NCBI RefSeq assembly: GCF_030684315.1
Contig: NC_081399.1
Location: forward strand, 9,224,113 to 9,288,112
Reading direction: 5' to 3'
DNA length: 64,000 nt
Source: Stegostoma tigrinum
Lineage: Eukaryota
Shown here: positions 51,085 through 63,913 of the stretch, in pieces
Layout: each line of letters begins with the position of its first letter
How positions within the stretch are numbered: position 1 is the first letter of the stretch
Position numbers and translations under genes: made by a program
Notes under the pieces: model-generated
The model's database searches: none
What the model saw: the letters and a program-made list of their open reading frames with translations, nothing else
Told to the model about the DNA's origin: nothing

Positions 51085-54000
51085 GATTTGATCAGGGAAT
51101 TCGAAGTAAAGGAGCCATTAGGAGGTAGTGACCATAATATGATAAGTTTTAATCTGCAGTTTGAGAGGGCGAAGGGAGAATCGGAAGTGTCAGTATTGCA
51201 GTTGAATAAAGGGAACTATGGAGCTATGAGGGAGGAGCTGGCCAAAGTTCAGTGGTACAATACCCTCACAGGGATGGCAGTGGAACAACAGTGGCAGTTA
51301 TTTCTGGATATAATGCAGAAGGTGCAGGATCAGTTCATTCCAAAGAGGAAAAAAGATCCTAAGGGGAGGCAGGGGCGGCCGTGGCTGACAAGGGAAGTTA
51401 AGGACTGTATAAAGATAAAAGAGAAGTATAACATAGCAAAGATGAGTGGGAAGCCGGAGGACTGGGAAGCTTTTAAAGAGCAACAGCGGATAACTGAAAA
51501 GGCAATACACAGAGAAAAAATGAGGTACGAAGGAAAACTGACCAAAAATATAAAGGAGGATAGTAAAAGCTTTTTTAGGTATGTGAAAAGAAAAAAAATG
51601 GTTACGACTAAAATTGGGCCCTTGAAGTCAGAAACGGGTGAATTTATTATGGGCAACAGGGAAATGGCAGATGAGTTGAATAGGTATTTTGGATCTGTCT
51701 TCACGAGGGAAGACACAAGCAATCTCCCAGATGCAGTAGTGGCTGGAGGACCAAGGGTAATGGACGAACTGAAGGGTATTTATATTAGGCAGGAAATGGT
51801 GTTGGATAGACTGTTAGGTCTGAAGGCTGATAAGTCCCCGGGACCTGATGGTCTGCATCCCAGGGTACTTAAGGAGGTGGCTCTAGAAATTGTGGACGCG
51901 TTCATAATTATTTTCCAAGGTTCTATAGATTCAGGATCAGTTCCTATGGATTGGAGGGTGGCTAATGTTGTCCCATTTTTCAAGAAAGGAGGGAGAGAGA
52001 AAACAGGGAATTATAGACTGGTTAACCTGATGTCAGTGGTGGGAAAGATGCTGGAGTCAATTATAAAAAATGAAATTACAACTCATTTGGATAGCAGTAA
52101 CAGGATAGGTCAGAGTCAGCATGGATTTACGAAGGGGAAATCGTGCTTGACTCATCTTCTGGAATTTTTTGAGGATATATCTATGAAGATGGACAAGGGA
52201 GAACCAGTGAATGTAGTATACCTGGACTTTCAGAAAGCCTTTGATAAAGTCCCACATACGAGATAGTGAGCAAAATTAGGGCAATGGTACCGGGGGCAAA
52301 ATACTGGCTTGGATTGAAAATTGGCTGGCTGACAGGAAGCAAAGGGTAGTGATAAATGGCAGGCAGTGACCAGTGGGGTACCACAAGGTTCGGTGCTGGG
52401 ACCGCAGCTGTTTACGATATACGTTAATGATATAGACGAAGGCATTAAAAGTAATATTAGCAAATTTGCTGATGACACAAAGCTGGGTGGCAGTGTGAAA
52501 TGTGAGGAGGATGTTATGAGAATACAGGGTGACTTGGACAGGCTCGGTGAATGGACGGATGCATGGCAGATGCAGGTTAATGTGGATAAATGTGTGCTTA
52601 TCCACTTTGGTGGCAAGAACAGGAAGGCAGATTACTATCTAAATGGAGTCAAGTTAGGTAAAGGGGAAGTACAACAAGATCGAGGTGTTCTTGTACGTCA
52701 GTCAATGAAAGCAAGCATGCAGGTACAGCAGGTAGTGAAGAAAGCTAATGGCATGCTGGCCTTCATCACAAAAGGAATTGAGTATAGGAGCAAAGAGGTC
52801 ATTCTGCAGCTGTACAGGGCCCTGGTGAGACTGCACCTGGAATATTGTGTGCAGTTTTGGTCTTCCAATTTGAGGAAGGACAATCTGGCTATTGAGGGAG
52901 TGCAGCGTAGGTTCATGAGGTGATTTCCCAGAATGGCGGGACTATCATATGTTGAAAGATTGGAGCGACTGGGCTTATATACACTTGAGTTTAGAAGGAT
53001 GAGAGGGAATGAGATATTACTGGCAAACATGGTTAAGGAAAATCCCAAAGCCTTTTATTCATATATAAAGAGCAAGAGGGTAACTAGAGAAAGGATTGGC
53101 CCACTTAAGGACAAAGAAGGAAAGTTATGCGCTGAGTCAGAGAAAATGGGTGACATTCTTAACGAGTACTTTGCATCAGTATTCACCAAGGAGAGGGACA
53201 TGATGGATGTTGAGGTTAGGGATAGATGTTTGCTTACTCTAGTTCAAGTTGACATAAGGAAGGAGGAAGTGTTGGGTATCCTAAAAGACATTAAGGTGGA
53301 CAAGTCCCCAGGTCCGAATGGGATCTATCCCAGGTTACTGAGGGAAGCAAGAGAGGAAATAGCGAGGGCCTTAACAGATATCTTTGCAGCATCCTTAGAC
53401 ACGGGTGAGGTCCCAGAGGACTGGAGACTTGCTAATGTTGTCCCCTTGTTTAAGAAGGGCAGCAAGGATAATCCAGGTAATTATCGACCAGTGAGCCTGA
53501 TGTCAGGGGTAGGGAAGCTACTGGAGAAGATACTGAGGGATAGGATCTATTCCCATTTGGAAGAAAATGGGCTTATCAGTGATAGGCAACATGGTTGTGT
53601 ACAGGGAAGGTCATGTCTTAATAGAATTCTTTGAGGACGTGACAAAGTTGATTGATGAGGGAAAGGCTGTAGATGTCATATACATGGGCTTCAGTAAGGT
53701 GTTTGATAAGGTTCCCCATGGCAGGCTGATGGAGAAAGTGAAGTCACATGGGGTCGAGAGTGTGCTAGCTAGATGGATAAAAAACTGGCTGGGCAACAGG
53801 AAACAGAGAGTTCTAGTAGAAGAGAGTTTCTCAAATTGGAGACCTGTGACCAGTGGTGTTCCACAGGGATCTGTGCTGGGACCACTGTTGTTTGTGATAT
53901 ATGTAAATGATCTGGAGGAAGGTGTAGGTGGCCTGGCCAGCAAGTTTGCTGATGACACTAAGATTGGTGGAGTAGCAGATAGTGAAGGGGACTGTCAGAG

Positions 54001-55256
54001 ATTACAGCAGAATATAGATAGACTGGAGAGTTGGGCAGATAAATGGCAGATGGAGTTCAATCCAGGCAAATGCGAGGTCATGCATTTTGGAAGATCAAAT
54101 TCAAGGGCGAACTATACAGTAAATGGAAAAATCCTGGGGAAAATTGATGAACAGAGAGATCTGGGTGTTCAGGTCCATTGTTCCCTGAAGGTGACAACGC
54201 AGGTCAATAGGGTGATCAAGAAGGCATATGGCATGCTTTCCTTCATTGGGCGGGGTATTGAGTACAAGAGTTGGCAGGTCATGTTGCAGTTGTATAGGAC
54301 TTTGGTTCGGCCACATTTGGAGTACTGTGTACAGTTCTGGTCACCACATTACCAAAAGGATGTGGATGCTTTGGAGAGTGTGCAGAGGAGGTTCACCAGG
54401 ATGTTGCCTGGTATGGAGGGTGCTAGCTATGAAGAGAGGTTGAATAGACTAGGATTATTTTCATTAGAAAGACGGAGATTGAGGGGGGACCAGATTGAGG
54501 TTGACAAAATCATGAGGGGTATAGACAGGGTGGATAGCAAAAAGCTTTTTCCCAGAGTGGGGGACTCAGTTACTAGGGGTCATGAGTTCAAAGTGAGAGG
54601 AGGAAAGTTTAAGGGAGCTATGCATGGAAAGTTCTTTACATAGAGGGTGGTGGGCGTCTGTAACGGGTTGCCAGTGGAGGTGGTAGACACAGACATGTTA
54701 GCGACTTTTAAGATATATTTGGACAAGTACATGGATGGGCAGGGAACAAATGGACACAGACCGTTAGAAAATAGATGTCGGGTTAGACAGAGGATCTTGA
54801 TCAGCGCAGGCTTGGAGGGCCAAAGGGCCTGTTCCTGTGCTGTAGGTTTCTTGGTTTCTTTGTTTCTGAATCTGATTGAGACATATAAGATTATTAAGGG
54901 ATTGGACACTCTGGAGGCAGGAAGCATGTTTCCGCTGATGGGTGAGTCTAGAACCAGAGGACACTGTTTAAAAATAAGGGGTAGGCCATTTAGAACAGAG
55001 TTGAGGAAAAACTTCTTCACCCAGAGAGTGGTGGATATATGGAATGCTCTGCCCCAGAAGGCAGTGGAGGCCACCTCTCTAGATACTTTCAAGAAAGAGG
55101 TGGATAGAGCTGTTAAACATAGTGGAATTAAGGGTAATGGGGATAAGGCAGGAACAGGATACTGATTGTGGATGATCAGCCATGATCATAATGAATGGTG
55201 GTGCTGGCTCAAAGGGCCGAATGGCCTACTCCTGCACCTATTGTCTATTGTCTATT
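51085..55256 (+). mobile_element. CR1 LINE A (ORF2 and 3-prime tail), split by CR1 B
   Basis: ORFs 51088-52266 and 52366-52923 (VPQGSVLGP, KFADD); resumes at 54868 (NLIETYKII..WNALP); (ctattgt)n tail. Confidence 0.94.
53011..54867 (+). mobile_element. CR1 LINE B nested in CR1 A
   Basis: Second RT (KSPGP, NYRPVSL, KFADD) with own tail gtttcttggtttctttgtttct; gaat duplicated at 53007-53010 and 54868-54871. Confidence 0.93.
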
Positions 55257-55287
55257 CGCAGCAGCGAGCTATGTAAGTAGAGTCCAT

Positions 55288-55958
55288 AGAGCATAGAACA
55301 TAGAACATTACAGCACAGAACAGGCCCTTCGGCCCTCGATGTTGTGTTGACCTGTCATACCGATCTGAAGCCCACCTAACCTACACTATTCCATGTACGT
55401 CCATATGCTTGTTCAATGACGACTTAAATGTACCTAAAGTTGGCGAATCTACTACCGTTGCAGGCAAAGTGTTCCATTCCCTTACTACTCTCTGAGTAAA
55501 GAAACTACCTCTGACATCTGTCCTATATCTTTCAGCCGTCAATTTAAAGCTATGCCCCTTCGTGCTCGCCATCACCATCTTAGGAAAAAGGCTCTCCCTA
55601 GCCACCCTATCTAACCCTCTAATTATTTTATATGTTTCAATTAAGTCACCTCTGAACCTTCTTCTCTCGAATGAAAACAGCCTCAAGTCCCTCAGCCTTT
55701 CCTCGTAAGACCTTCCCTCCATACCAAATCTCCTCTGCACCCTTTCCAAAGCTTCCACATCCTTCTTATAATGCGGTGACTAGAACTGTACACAATACTC
55801 CAAGTGCGGCCGCACCAGAGCTTTGTACAGCTTCACCATAACCTCTTGGTTCCGGAACTCGATCCCTCTATTAATAAAAGCTAAAACACTGTATTCCTTC
55901 TTAACAGCCCTGTCAACCTGGGTGGCAACTTTCAAGGATCTGTGTACATGGACACCAT
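55288..55958 (-). mobile_element. CR1 LINE 3-prime fragment
   Basis: ORFs 55381-55758 and 55780-55998; (catagaa)n tail; similar to 19830-20530. Confidence 0.92.
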
Positions 55959-58404
55959 GGATGGAAGGTTGGTTTCTCTGATAGTCTGGGCTGTGCACAT
56001 CACTTTCTGTAGTTTCTCATGGTCCTGGACAGAGAAGCCTCCGTACCAGGCCACTATGCACTTGGACAGTATGATTTCAATGGCACATCTGTAAAATCTA
56101 TAAATTAGTGTTTAGCTGATGAGAGAGCTGATGAAGGGTCTCGGCCCGAAACGTCAGCTTTTGCGCTCCTGGGATGCCGCTTGGCCTGCTGTGTTCATCC
56201 AGCTTCACACTTTGTTATCTCGGATTCTCCAGCATCTGCAGCTCCCATTATCTCTGATCACAATTCTAACCTTTTTTAAAGCTGTTGTGTCTTTGGGTAG
56301 CACGCTGAAGATTTTACCTGTGTTATAGCCTGAGTACTCATAGCTTCTTGAAAAATCTAAAACATTAAATAGGAATCTTGAACAAAGTGGATCTCCATCA
56401 GTAACTTGTATCAGTGAAGGACTGGGTTAAATTCTCCACAATCTTAGCAATGATTGTTCTCAGGGGTGTGACTTCTAGTAATCAAGTAGACATATCCATA
56501 ATCATAATAATATGTTGATGTCCTGATTTCAATTCAGCAAAGGTCACATACAAACTACTAACACATTACTAAATGGTTCTTCAAAAACTGGCATGGAAAT
56601 ATAAGGTGCCAATCTGGTTGCACTTCTTTGATTTTCCCATCATCTGTCACATATTGCACATTTTACAAAACTGTACCACATTCTTGAGAAGAACTGGCCT
56701 GTAAAAATATCAAATTACATGTGCTTGAGTCTTCCAGATTCCTACGTGTCCTACAAAGTAAATTAATGGGCTTTCATTATTTCTTGACAATGGTTTCTGA
56801 CATTCAGTGACTCTCTACCAGAAACACAAACTGGTTTCTCACCAAACTCACTGCAAAGGTGCTTTGGAGCAGAAGACACTGTATGGGAACGTTGTTCTCA
56901 GAAGACTTTCCCAACAAATTCCAAAATTAGCAAACCCAACTCTGCAAACACTGTTCAAACAGGATAGCAATTAAACTGTCAGGTGTGTTTCCTTAAGTGA
57001 GTTCAAGCAACCTAGAGCAGCAATTAGCACAAATCACATGATTTCCCAAAAGCCTTGGACATAAATTCCAATATCTTTTAAACCTGCTGTGAAGTAAAAA
57101 AATCCAGCCATCTGCAAAATCCTTCAAAACCTAGTCCTCAAAGAAATACCAAATATGAAGCAAATTCACTGCAACATAAAGGACAGTTAAATGCAGAAGC
57201 AGTGTCACAATCAGATCAGAAGAAACAGAAGAGATAGAGTGGAGAGGCAATGAGTAAGCTGAATTAGACATCTGGATTCACAGACATTGAATGCTCCCAA
57301 CTGTTGACGTTTTTTTTGTTTCTGAGCAACTGGATGTCCAGAATCAGCCATGGCATGCCATGTAAAAGCATTTCCGCACATCCACACCACCTCAACAGAC
57401 AGAACTTTAACGAGTAGGTTTTGGAAGGTTGCATGGGTGAAACCCTACTTCTATGGAAGCTAGTTTCTATGCAGAATCTGCTACATCCTTGAGGCAAAAG
57501 GGCTAGAATTTAGCCCGAGGAAGATCCAAGCTCAGCAGTACTGTGCGGCTGAATTTGGGCCATATGGGCAAGCGGTCTCCCCTGAAGCTCTGACAGTTAA
57601 GGCTATCTTTGTTATATTTGGTATTCCATGTACGATTTATTATTCGTAGTGCTACAAGTTAACTGCCTATTCACAGTTTATTTAGGTTGATAGTGGCAGA
57701 TTCCAAATCTTAGCAAAATAAAAGTTGCTGTGGGTGAAATCATCAGCAGCAACTTCCTCATTAGGAAGGGAACAGATAAATGAGGAAATGTGATCGTTTT
57801 AATTTAAAGGTCCCTGTGCGGAGAGTCAAGAATTGTGAAGAAGAAACCATGACTTCACACTTCAACTACTTGATATCACAAGATGTCAAGGTTGTTTCAT
57901 CTATTTTGATTAACATGACCAGATCCTCCAACTCTATACTAGACTTGGAGTGACAACTTACAGAATCATATGGCTGCTGCACAGAAAGAAGTCATTCCAC
58001 TCAACCATTCATCGATATGGAATTAGTGAGTGATTAGTATAATGATTAGCTTAAAATTCTTAGTGTCCAACAAAATCAATGCTAAGAGGCTGCTTCCTGT
58101 GGTTGGAGAGTGGGGAGCGTGGGAATCACAGACTAAGGATATGAGATTGACCATTTCAGACTGTGATAAGGAGAAAGTTCTTCATTCACTAGGAGTAAAT
58201 CTCTACTCAAAAGAGCTGTGAATTCTCAGTTGATGAGTACATTCAAATTGACAGCAATAGTATTTTTGGGCACAAATGGAATCAAGAAATATGGGGATGT
58301 CTGCCGTGATCCTATTGAAGGGTGGAACACATATGACGGGGCAGAATGGTCTCCTTCTATTTCTATCTTGCAGTTCATGGCTTGTCGGATAAAAGCTCAC
58401 TCAC

Positions 58405-58708
58405 TGCACACGGCCAGTTGAACTGATTCTTAATTTTAAATTCCTAAATCTTTTGTTAAATCATCTCATAAACCCCACCGTCCTCTCTCTGAAAGTCATT
58501 GATTTAGAGATTGAGGTCTCCGGATGAAAATGTATCCTTTTCTTTAACTCCTTTAGTGCCAAAATATTTCACATTCCCACTTGCCATTTTGATGTCATGT
58601 GATGATCTTATCTAGACAACCTCATAATCCGTTGACATGTCTGGGAGCTCCAGAGCTTAGGAGTCTGATCGACCCAGGGACCCAGTGGACAGGCGGCCTG
58701 ACTCTGAG
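58405..58708 (-). pseudogene. Decayed CD2/SLAM-type IgV exon
   Basis: Acceptor cttgttccttcag then CTCAGAGTCAG (exon 2 has GTCAGAGTCAG). Remnants GSLGRS, VKYFGT, KKRIHFHP, INDFQREDGGVYE, ESVQLAVC; donor gtgagt; several stops and frameshifts. Confidence 0.82.
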
Positions 58709-59833
58709 CTGAAGGAACAAGTGAACTCAGTCAGTGGGCATGAAAGAAACAAGCTCAGATGTGGAAGGTATTATTTAAATTTATAGAACTATCCAGAACA
58801 GGTAGAGGCCATTGAGCCCATCATGCCTATGCTGGCTGTTGTAGAGTATTCTAATTAACCCAACATTTCTCTGCTCTTATCCCATTGATTTGCAAATTTC
58901 TCCCATTCGAATGTTTCCACGCATCCCCTCTTTTTGAAAGTTCCCACTGAATCTGTTTCCACCATCCTTTTAGGTGCCACATTCTCGATCACAACCACTC
59001 ACTGGATCGAAACATTTCCTCTCATCCCTTCGGGATCATTTACTGATTCTCTCCAATGTGTTCCTCTGGTTCCTAACCCTCCTGTCATTGGAAATGGTGT
59101 TGCCCTATTAACATAATCAAGAAAGACCCTTCCTTATGTTAGGTGCCTCAATGCAATCATCCTTAGCTTTCCCCGTTCTAAGGAAAACAATCCCAATGGC
59201 TGCGGTCCCTTTGCATGAAAGAAAATCCCACATTTCTGGGACCAATCCAGTAAATCACAACCACACATCAGCCCAAGTGGGAAGCAAAACTGAAATGAGA
59301 GAGAGAGAGAATCACAAACACTTCCTCTGAATAAAATTCTAGACTGAGTAAACAAATACCAGCAAAATACAGACTAACAATTTTCCCAGTCCATTTCCTT
59401 TCAGTAAGAAGCTCATGGAGAGACTTTCAGTTGTGAAGAAGAGGACTTGAGTGAGATTGGTTGGAATGTTGGGCTAGGGAAGGCTTCACTACGATTTTGA
59501 GAGCATTCTCACTTCTTCCCCTCAGGTCAGCATTGGTAGGCAGTCTGACTGAAGGCCAGGTGAAGCAAGACGGTGCAGGACATTACTGGAAACCAGGATG
59601 GGAGTAGGAGCCACCAAAGTTAGACGTACAAACAGATGATGTCAAGATCAGTGTTATTCAGCAACAGGATGATGGGGCCTGGACCTTTCTGTTACTCTGC
59701 ATTGGCAATGGTGGGGTGGGGGGGAATGAATACTCCTTCCGTAAAGTTTTAGTTGGTATGATTGGGGAAGTAGTTTGATTCAACCAACAGCTTCAGCTGA
59801 CTCAGTGTGAGTGCTTGCAATGACCAGGAAGGG

Positions 59834-59932
59834 ATCTCTCGGGTCAAGAGTTCAGTGTGTAGGGCAACAACCTGACTGTGATCGCCACAGTCAGGTTGAT
59901 GCCCTACACACTGAATTCTTGTCCTGAGAGAT
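59834..59932 (+). other. Near-perfect hairpin, 47-bp stem and 5-nt loop; candidate pre-miRNA or local palindrome
   Basis: 59834-59880 pairs with 59886-59932: 43 Watson-Crick pairs, 2 G-U, 2 mismatches. The structure is clear; function is unknown. Confidence 0.6.
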
Positions 59933-60559
59933 AATTTGAGCTGTTCCTCACATTCCACTTGTGGAGAAATTAAGTGGTCACATCTTCAACAAGGCTATCC
60001 TCAAGTGGTTGAGGATCACAGATTTTCCATGGCAGGTAGAGACCTGAGGCATTGCTGCTTGGCTCAGATACCATATTGGTGTGGTTGACAATGTTCCCTG
60101 AGCACTGGAGGTTCACAATTCAGAAGTGGAGCTGTCATCAGTTCATAGGTTGTGAATGTGTTTCATTGGGTGCTACAGGATTAAAGGAGTCCTGCATGAA
60201 TTGATGTTATTTGTTCACTCATAGACAATGATGCTTTTTGCTGAGGATTCGCGTGTCTTGCAATAGGAGGTCAACCCAGCTATGTTGGCGTCTATGCTCC
60301 AGAAACAATCCTTATGATGTCATGGGATGGATTGTTCGCATGCATCTTCGTCAGGTATCTTCCACCTCTCTGACCCTGGCAAACACTGCACTGAAAGATA
60401 TCATCCAGACAGGGAGAGATGGTGGAACCAGCACATTCATAGCCACAGAAAAATTTGTAGCAGCTGAGATGGGAGGAACCAGCAGTGAGGGTCTGAAATG
60501 GAGAGGTCTGGATGGAGGATGAACCTGAGATGAAAGAGGGCTACGTGGAGTGTGAGGGT

Positions 60560-61190
60560 CTGAAATGTGATTGCTGTTATGGTGAGGAACTGGGTTATGA
60601 TCAAAATCAGAGATTGAGTTTATGGTGAAGGATTGAAGTTAGAGTGAGGGATTGGGGACTGGTGATGTCGGGGTATGGCCAAGGTCAGAGATTGCGGTTT
60701 CATTGAAAGATTGGGATCTGGTGAAGGGTTGGAGTATGGTCAATGATTAGGGTTTTGGTCAGGGTCTGGAGTTATTGTCAGGGGATCTGTTCAGGGATTG
60801 GGGTCATGGCAAAGGATTAAGGTTATAGTGGAGGTTTGGGGTTACATTCAAGGATTGTTATTTTTATCAGTGTCAGGGATTTGGTTATGGTGAGGTATTA
60901 AGGTTATGATGAGGGATTGGGGTTATATTCAAGGATTGGTGTTCTGGTAATGATCAGGGATTTGTTGGATAAGGGATTAAAGTTACAGTGAGTATTTGGA
61001 GGTATAATGAAGGATTGATGTTCTGGTCATATTCAGGGATTTGGGTTATGGTGATGTATTAAGGTTCCTGGTGAACATTTGGGGTTATAGTCAAGCATTG
61101 GTGTACTGTGCGGGATTTAGAGTTTCTGGTGAGGAATATGGGTTAAAGTCATAGTTTGGGTTTTTGGTCTGAGATTGAGATTATAGAGTA
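60560..61190 (+). repeat. Degenerate ~20-bp GT-rich tandem repeat
   Basis: Recurrent ggttatggtgagggattgg-like units. Confidence 0.7.
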
Positions 61191-61534
61191 GGTCTGCTAT
61201 TCTGTAAGGATGCTGGAAGAACACAGCAAGCCAGGCGGCATTTGGCAGAAAGGAGAAGTCAACGTTTAGGGTGCTACACTTCTTCAGACTAGATGTGGGG
61301 GTAGGGGGAGCTGTAGGTAAAGGGGTGGGAGGGGGGTAGTGAAATGGTAATCTGGTTGGTCGATGAGAGGGATGAATCTGGTTGGTGGCTGGAAGGGCGG
61401 GTCAGAAGGCGGAATGGAAGGGAGGAGATGGCTCTGGAATGGGATCTGGAGGATGACTGGATAGGTTATTTGAAATTTGGGGACCTCAATGTTGAGTCCT
61501 CCAGGCTATAGGAAGCCCAGGCAGAAGATAAGGT

Positions 61535-63913
61535 AATGAAATGTGAGGCTGGATGAACACGGCAGGCCAAGCAGCATCTCAGGAGCACAAAAGCTGACGT
61601 TTCGGTCCTAGACCCTTCATCAGAGAGGGGGATGGGGAGAGGGAACTGGAATAAATAGGGAGAGAGGGGGAGGCGGACCGAAGATGGAGAGTAAAGAAGA
61701 TAGGTGGAGGGAGTATAGGTGGGGAGATAGGGAGGGGATAGGTCAGTCCAGGGAAGACGGACAGGTCAAGGAGGTGGGATAAGGTTAGTAGGTAGATGGG
61801 GGTGCGGCTTGGGATGGGAGGAAGGGATGGGTGAGAGGAAGAACAGGTTAGGGAGGCAGAGACAGGTTGGACTGGTTTTGGGGTGCAGTGGGTGGGGGGG
61901 AAGAGCTGGGCTGGTTGTGTGGTGCAGTGGGGGGAGGGGACGAACTGGGCTGATTTAGGGATGCAGTAGGGGAAGGGGAGACTTTGAAACTGGTGAAGTC
62001 CACATTGATACCATATGGCTGCAGGGTTCCCAGGCGGAATATGAGTTGCTGTTCCTGCAACCTTCGGGTGGCATCATTGTGGCACTGCAGGAGGCCCATG
62101 ATGGACATGTCATCCAGAGAATGGGAGGGGGAGTGGAAATGGTTTGCGACTGGGAGGTGCAGTTGTTTGTTGCGAACTGAGCGGAGGTGTTCTGCAAAGC
62201 GGTCCCCAAGCCTCCGCTTGGTTTCCCCAATGTAGAGGAAGCCGCACCGGGTACAGTGGATGCAGTATACCACATTGGCAGATGTGCAGGTGAACCTCTG
62301 CTTAATGTGGAATGTCATCTTGGGGCCTGGGATAGGGGTGAGGGAGGAGGTGTTGGGGCAAGTGTAGCATTTCCTGCGGTTGCAGGGGAAGGTGCCGGGT
62401 GTGGTGGGGTTGGAGGGCAGTGTGGAGCGAACAAGGGAGTCACGGAGAGAGTGGTCTCTCCGGAAAGCTGACAGGGGTGGGGATGGAAAAATGTCTTGGG
62501 TGGTGGGGTCGGATTGTAGATGGCGAAAGTGTCGGAGGATGATGCGTTGTATCCGGAGGTTGGTAGGGTGGTGTGTGAGAACGAGGGGGATCCTCTTTGG
62601 GCGGTTGTGGTGGGGGCGGGGTGTGAGGGATGTGTTGCGGGAAATACGGGAGACGCGGTCAAGGGCGTTCTCGATCACTGTGGGGGGAAAGTTGCAGTCC
62701 TTCAAGAACTTGGACATCTGGGATGTGCGGGAGTGGAATGTCTTATCGTGGGAGCAGATGCGGCGGAGGCAGGGGAATTGGGAATAGGGGATGGAATTTT
62801 TGCAGGAGGGCGGGTGGGAGGAGGTGTATTCTAGGTAGCTGTGGGAGTCGGTGGGCTTGAAATGGACATCAGTTACAAGCTGTATCAGAGATAATGGGAA
62901 CTGCAGATGCTGGAGATTCCAAGATAATAAAATGTGAGGCTGGATGAACACAGCAGGCCAAGCAGCATCTCAGGAGCACAAAAGCTCTGATGAAGGGTCT
63001 AGGCCCGAAACGTCAGCTTTTGTGCTCCTGAGATGCTGCTTGGCCTGCTGTGTTCATCCAGCCTCACATTTTATTATCAGTTACAAGCTGGTTGCCTGAG
63101 ATGGTGACTGAGAGGTCCAGGAAGGTGAGGGATGTGCTGGAGATGGCCCAGGTGAACTGAAGGTTGGGGTGGAAGGTGTTGGTGAAGTGGATGAACTGTT
63201 CGAGCTCCTCTGGGGAGCAAGAGGTGGCGCCGATACAGTCATCAATGTATCGGAGGAAGAGGTGGGGTTTGGGACCTGTGTAGGTGCGGAAGAGGGACTG
63301 TTCCGCGTAACCTACAAAGAGGCAGGCATAGCCCATGGCCACCCCTTTAGTCTGTAGGAAGTGGGAGGAGTCAAAAGAGAAGTTGTTGAGGGTGTGGACG
63401 AGTTCAGCTGGGCGGATGAGAGTGTGGTGAAGGGGGACTGGTCGGGCCTGCGGGACAGGAAGTGGAGGGCCTTGAGGCCATCTGCATGCGGAATGCAGGT
63501 GAATAGAGACTGGACATCCATGGTGAATATGAGGTGTTGGGGGCCAGGGAATTGGAAGTCCTAGAGGAGGTGGAGGGCGTGGGTGGTGTCACGGATGTAG
63601 GCGGGGAGTTCCTGGACCAAAGGGGAGAAAATGGAGTCCAGATAGGTGAAGATGAGTTCGGTGGGGCAGGAGCAGGCTGAGACGATGGGTCGACCAGGGC
63701 AGGCAGGTTTGTGGATTTTGGGAAGGAGATAGAAACGGCCGTGCGGGGTTGGGGAACAATGAGCTTGGAGGCTGTGGGTGGGAGGTCCCCTGAGGTGATG
63801 AGGTCGTGAATGGTGTTGGAGATGATGGTTTGGTGCTCGGGTGTGGGTTCATGATCGAGGGGGCGGTAGGAGGTGGTGTCGGAGAGTTGGCGTCTGGCCT
63901 CGGCGATGCAGAG
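61535..63913 (-). mobile_element. Penelope-like element (RT plus GIY-YIG) inserted in an older PLE
   Basis: MDVQSLFTCIPH, LRYIDD, CNRRKCYTC, LYIGETKR; gaagataaggt duplicated at 61524-61534 and 63914-63924, with older PLE sequence on both sides. Confidence 0.92.
62883..63075. mobile_element. PLE fold-back mini-insertion: hammerhead core between perfect 64-bp arms, 15-bp TSD
   Basis: Arms 62923-62986 and 63015-63078; core 62987-63014; TSD atcagttacaagctg at 62868-62882 and 63076-63090. Confidence 0.92.

Noticed and set aside
52933-53634. 233-aa ORF with an unusual RT domain order
   Set aside because: Chimera across the CR1 A / CR1 B insertion junction.
59950-60450. Possible Harbinger transposase remnant (GYP..WL-like)
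   Set aside because: Only a few residues match after assuming frameshifts; not supportable without a search.
61848-62951. 367-aa ORF as an intact gene
   Set aside because: Its N-terminus comes from the hairpin insertion fused by chance to the PLE frame; the upstream RT is frameshifted.
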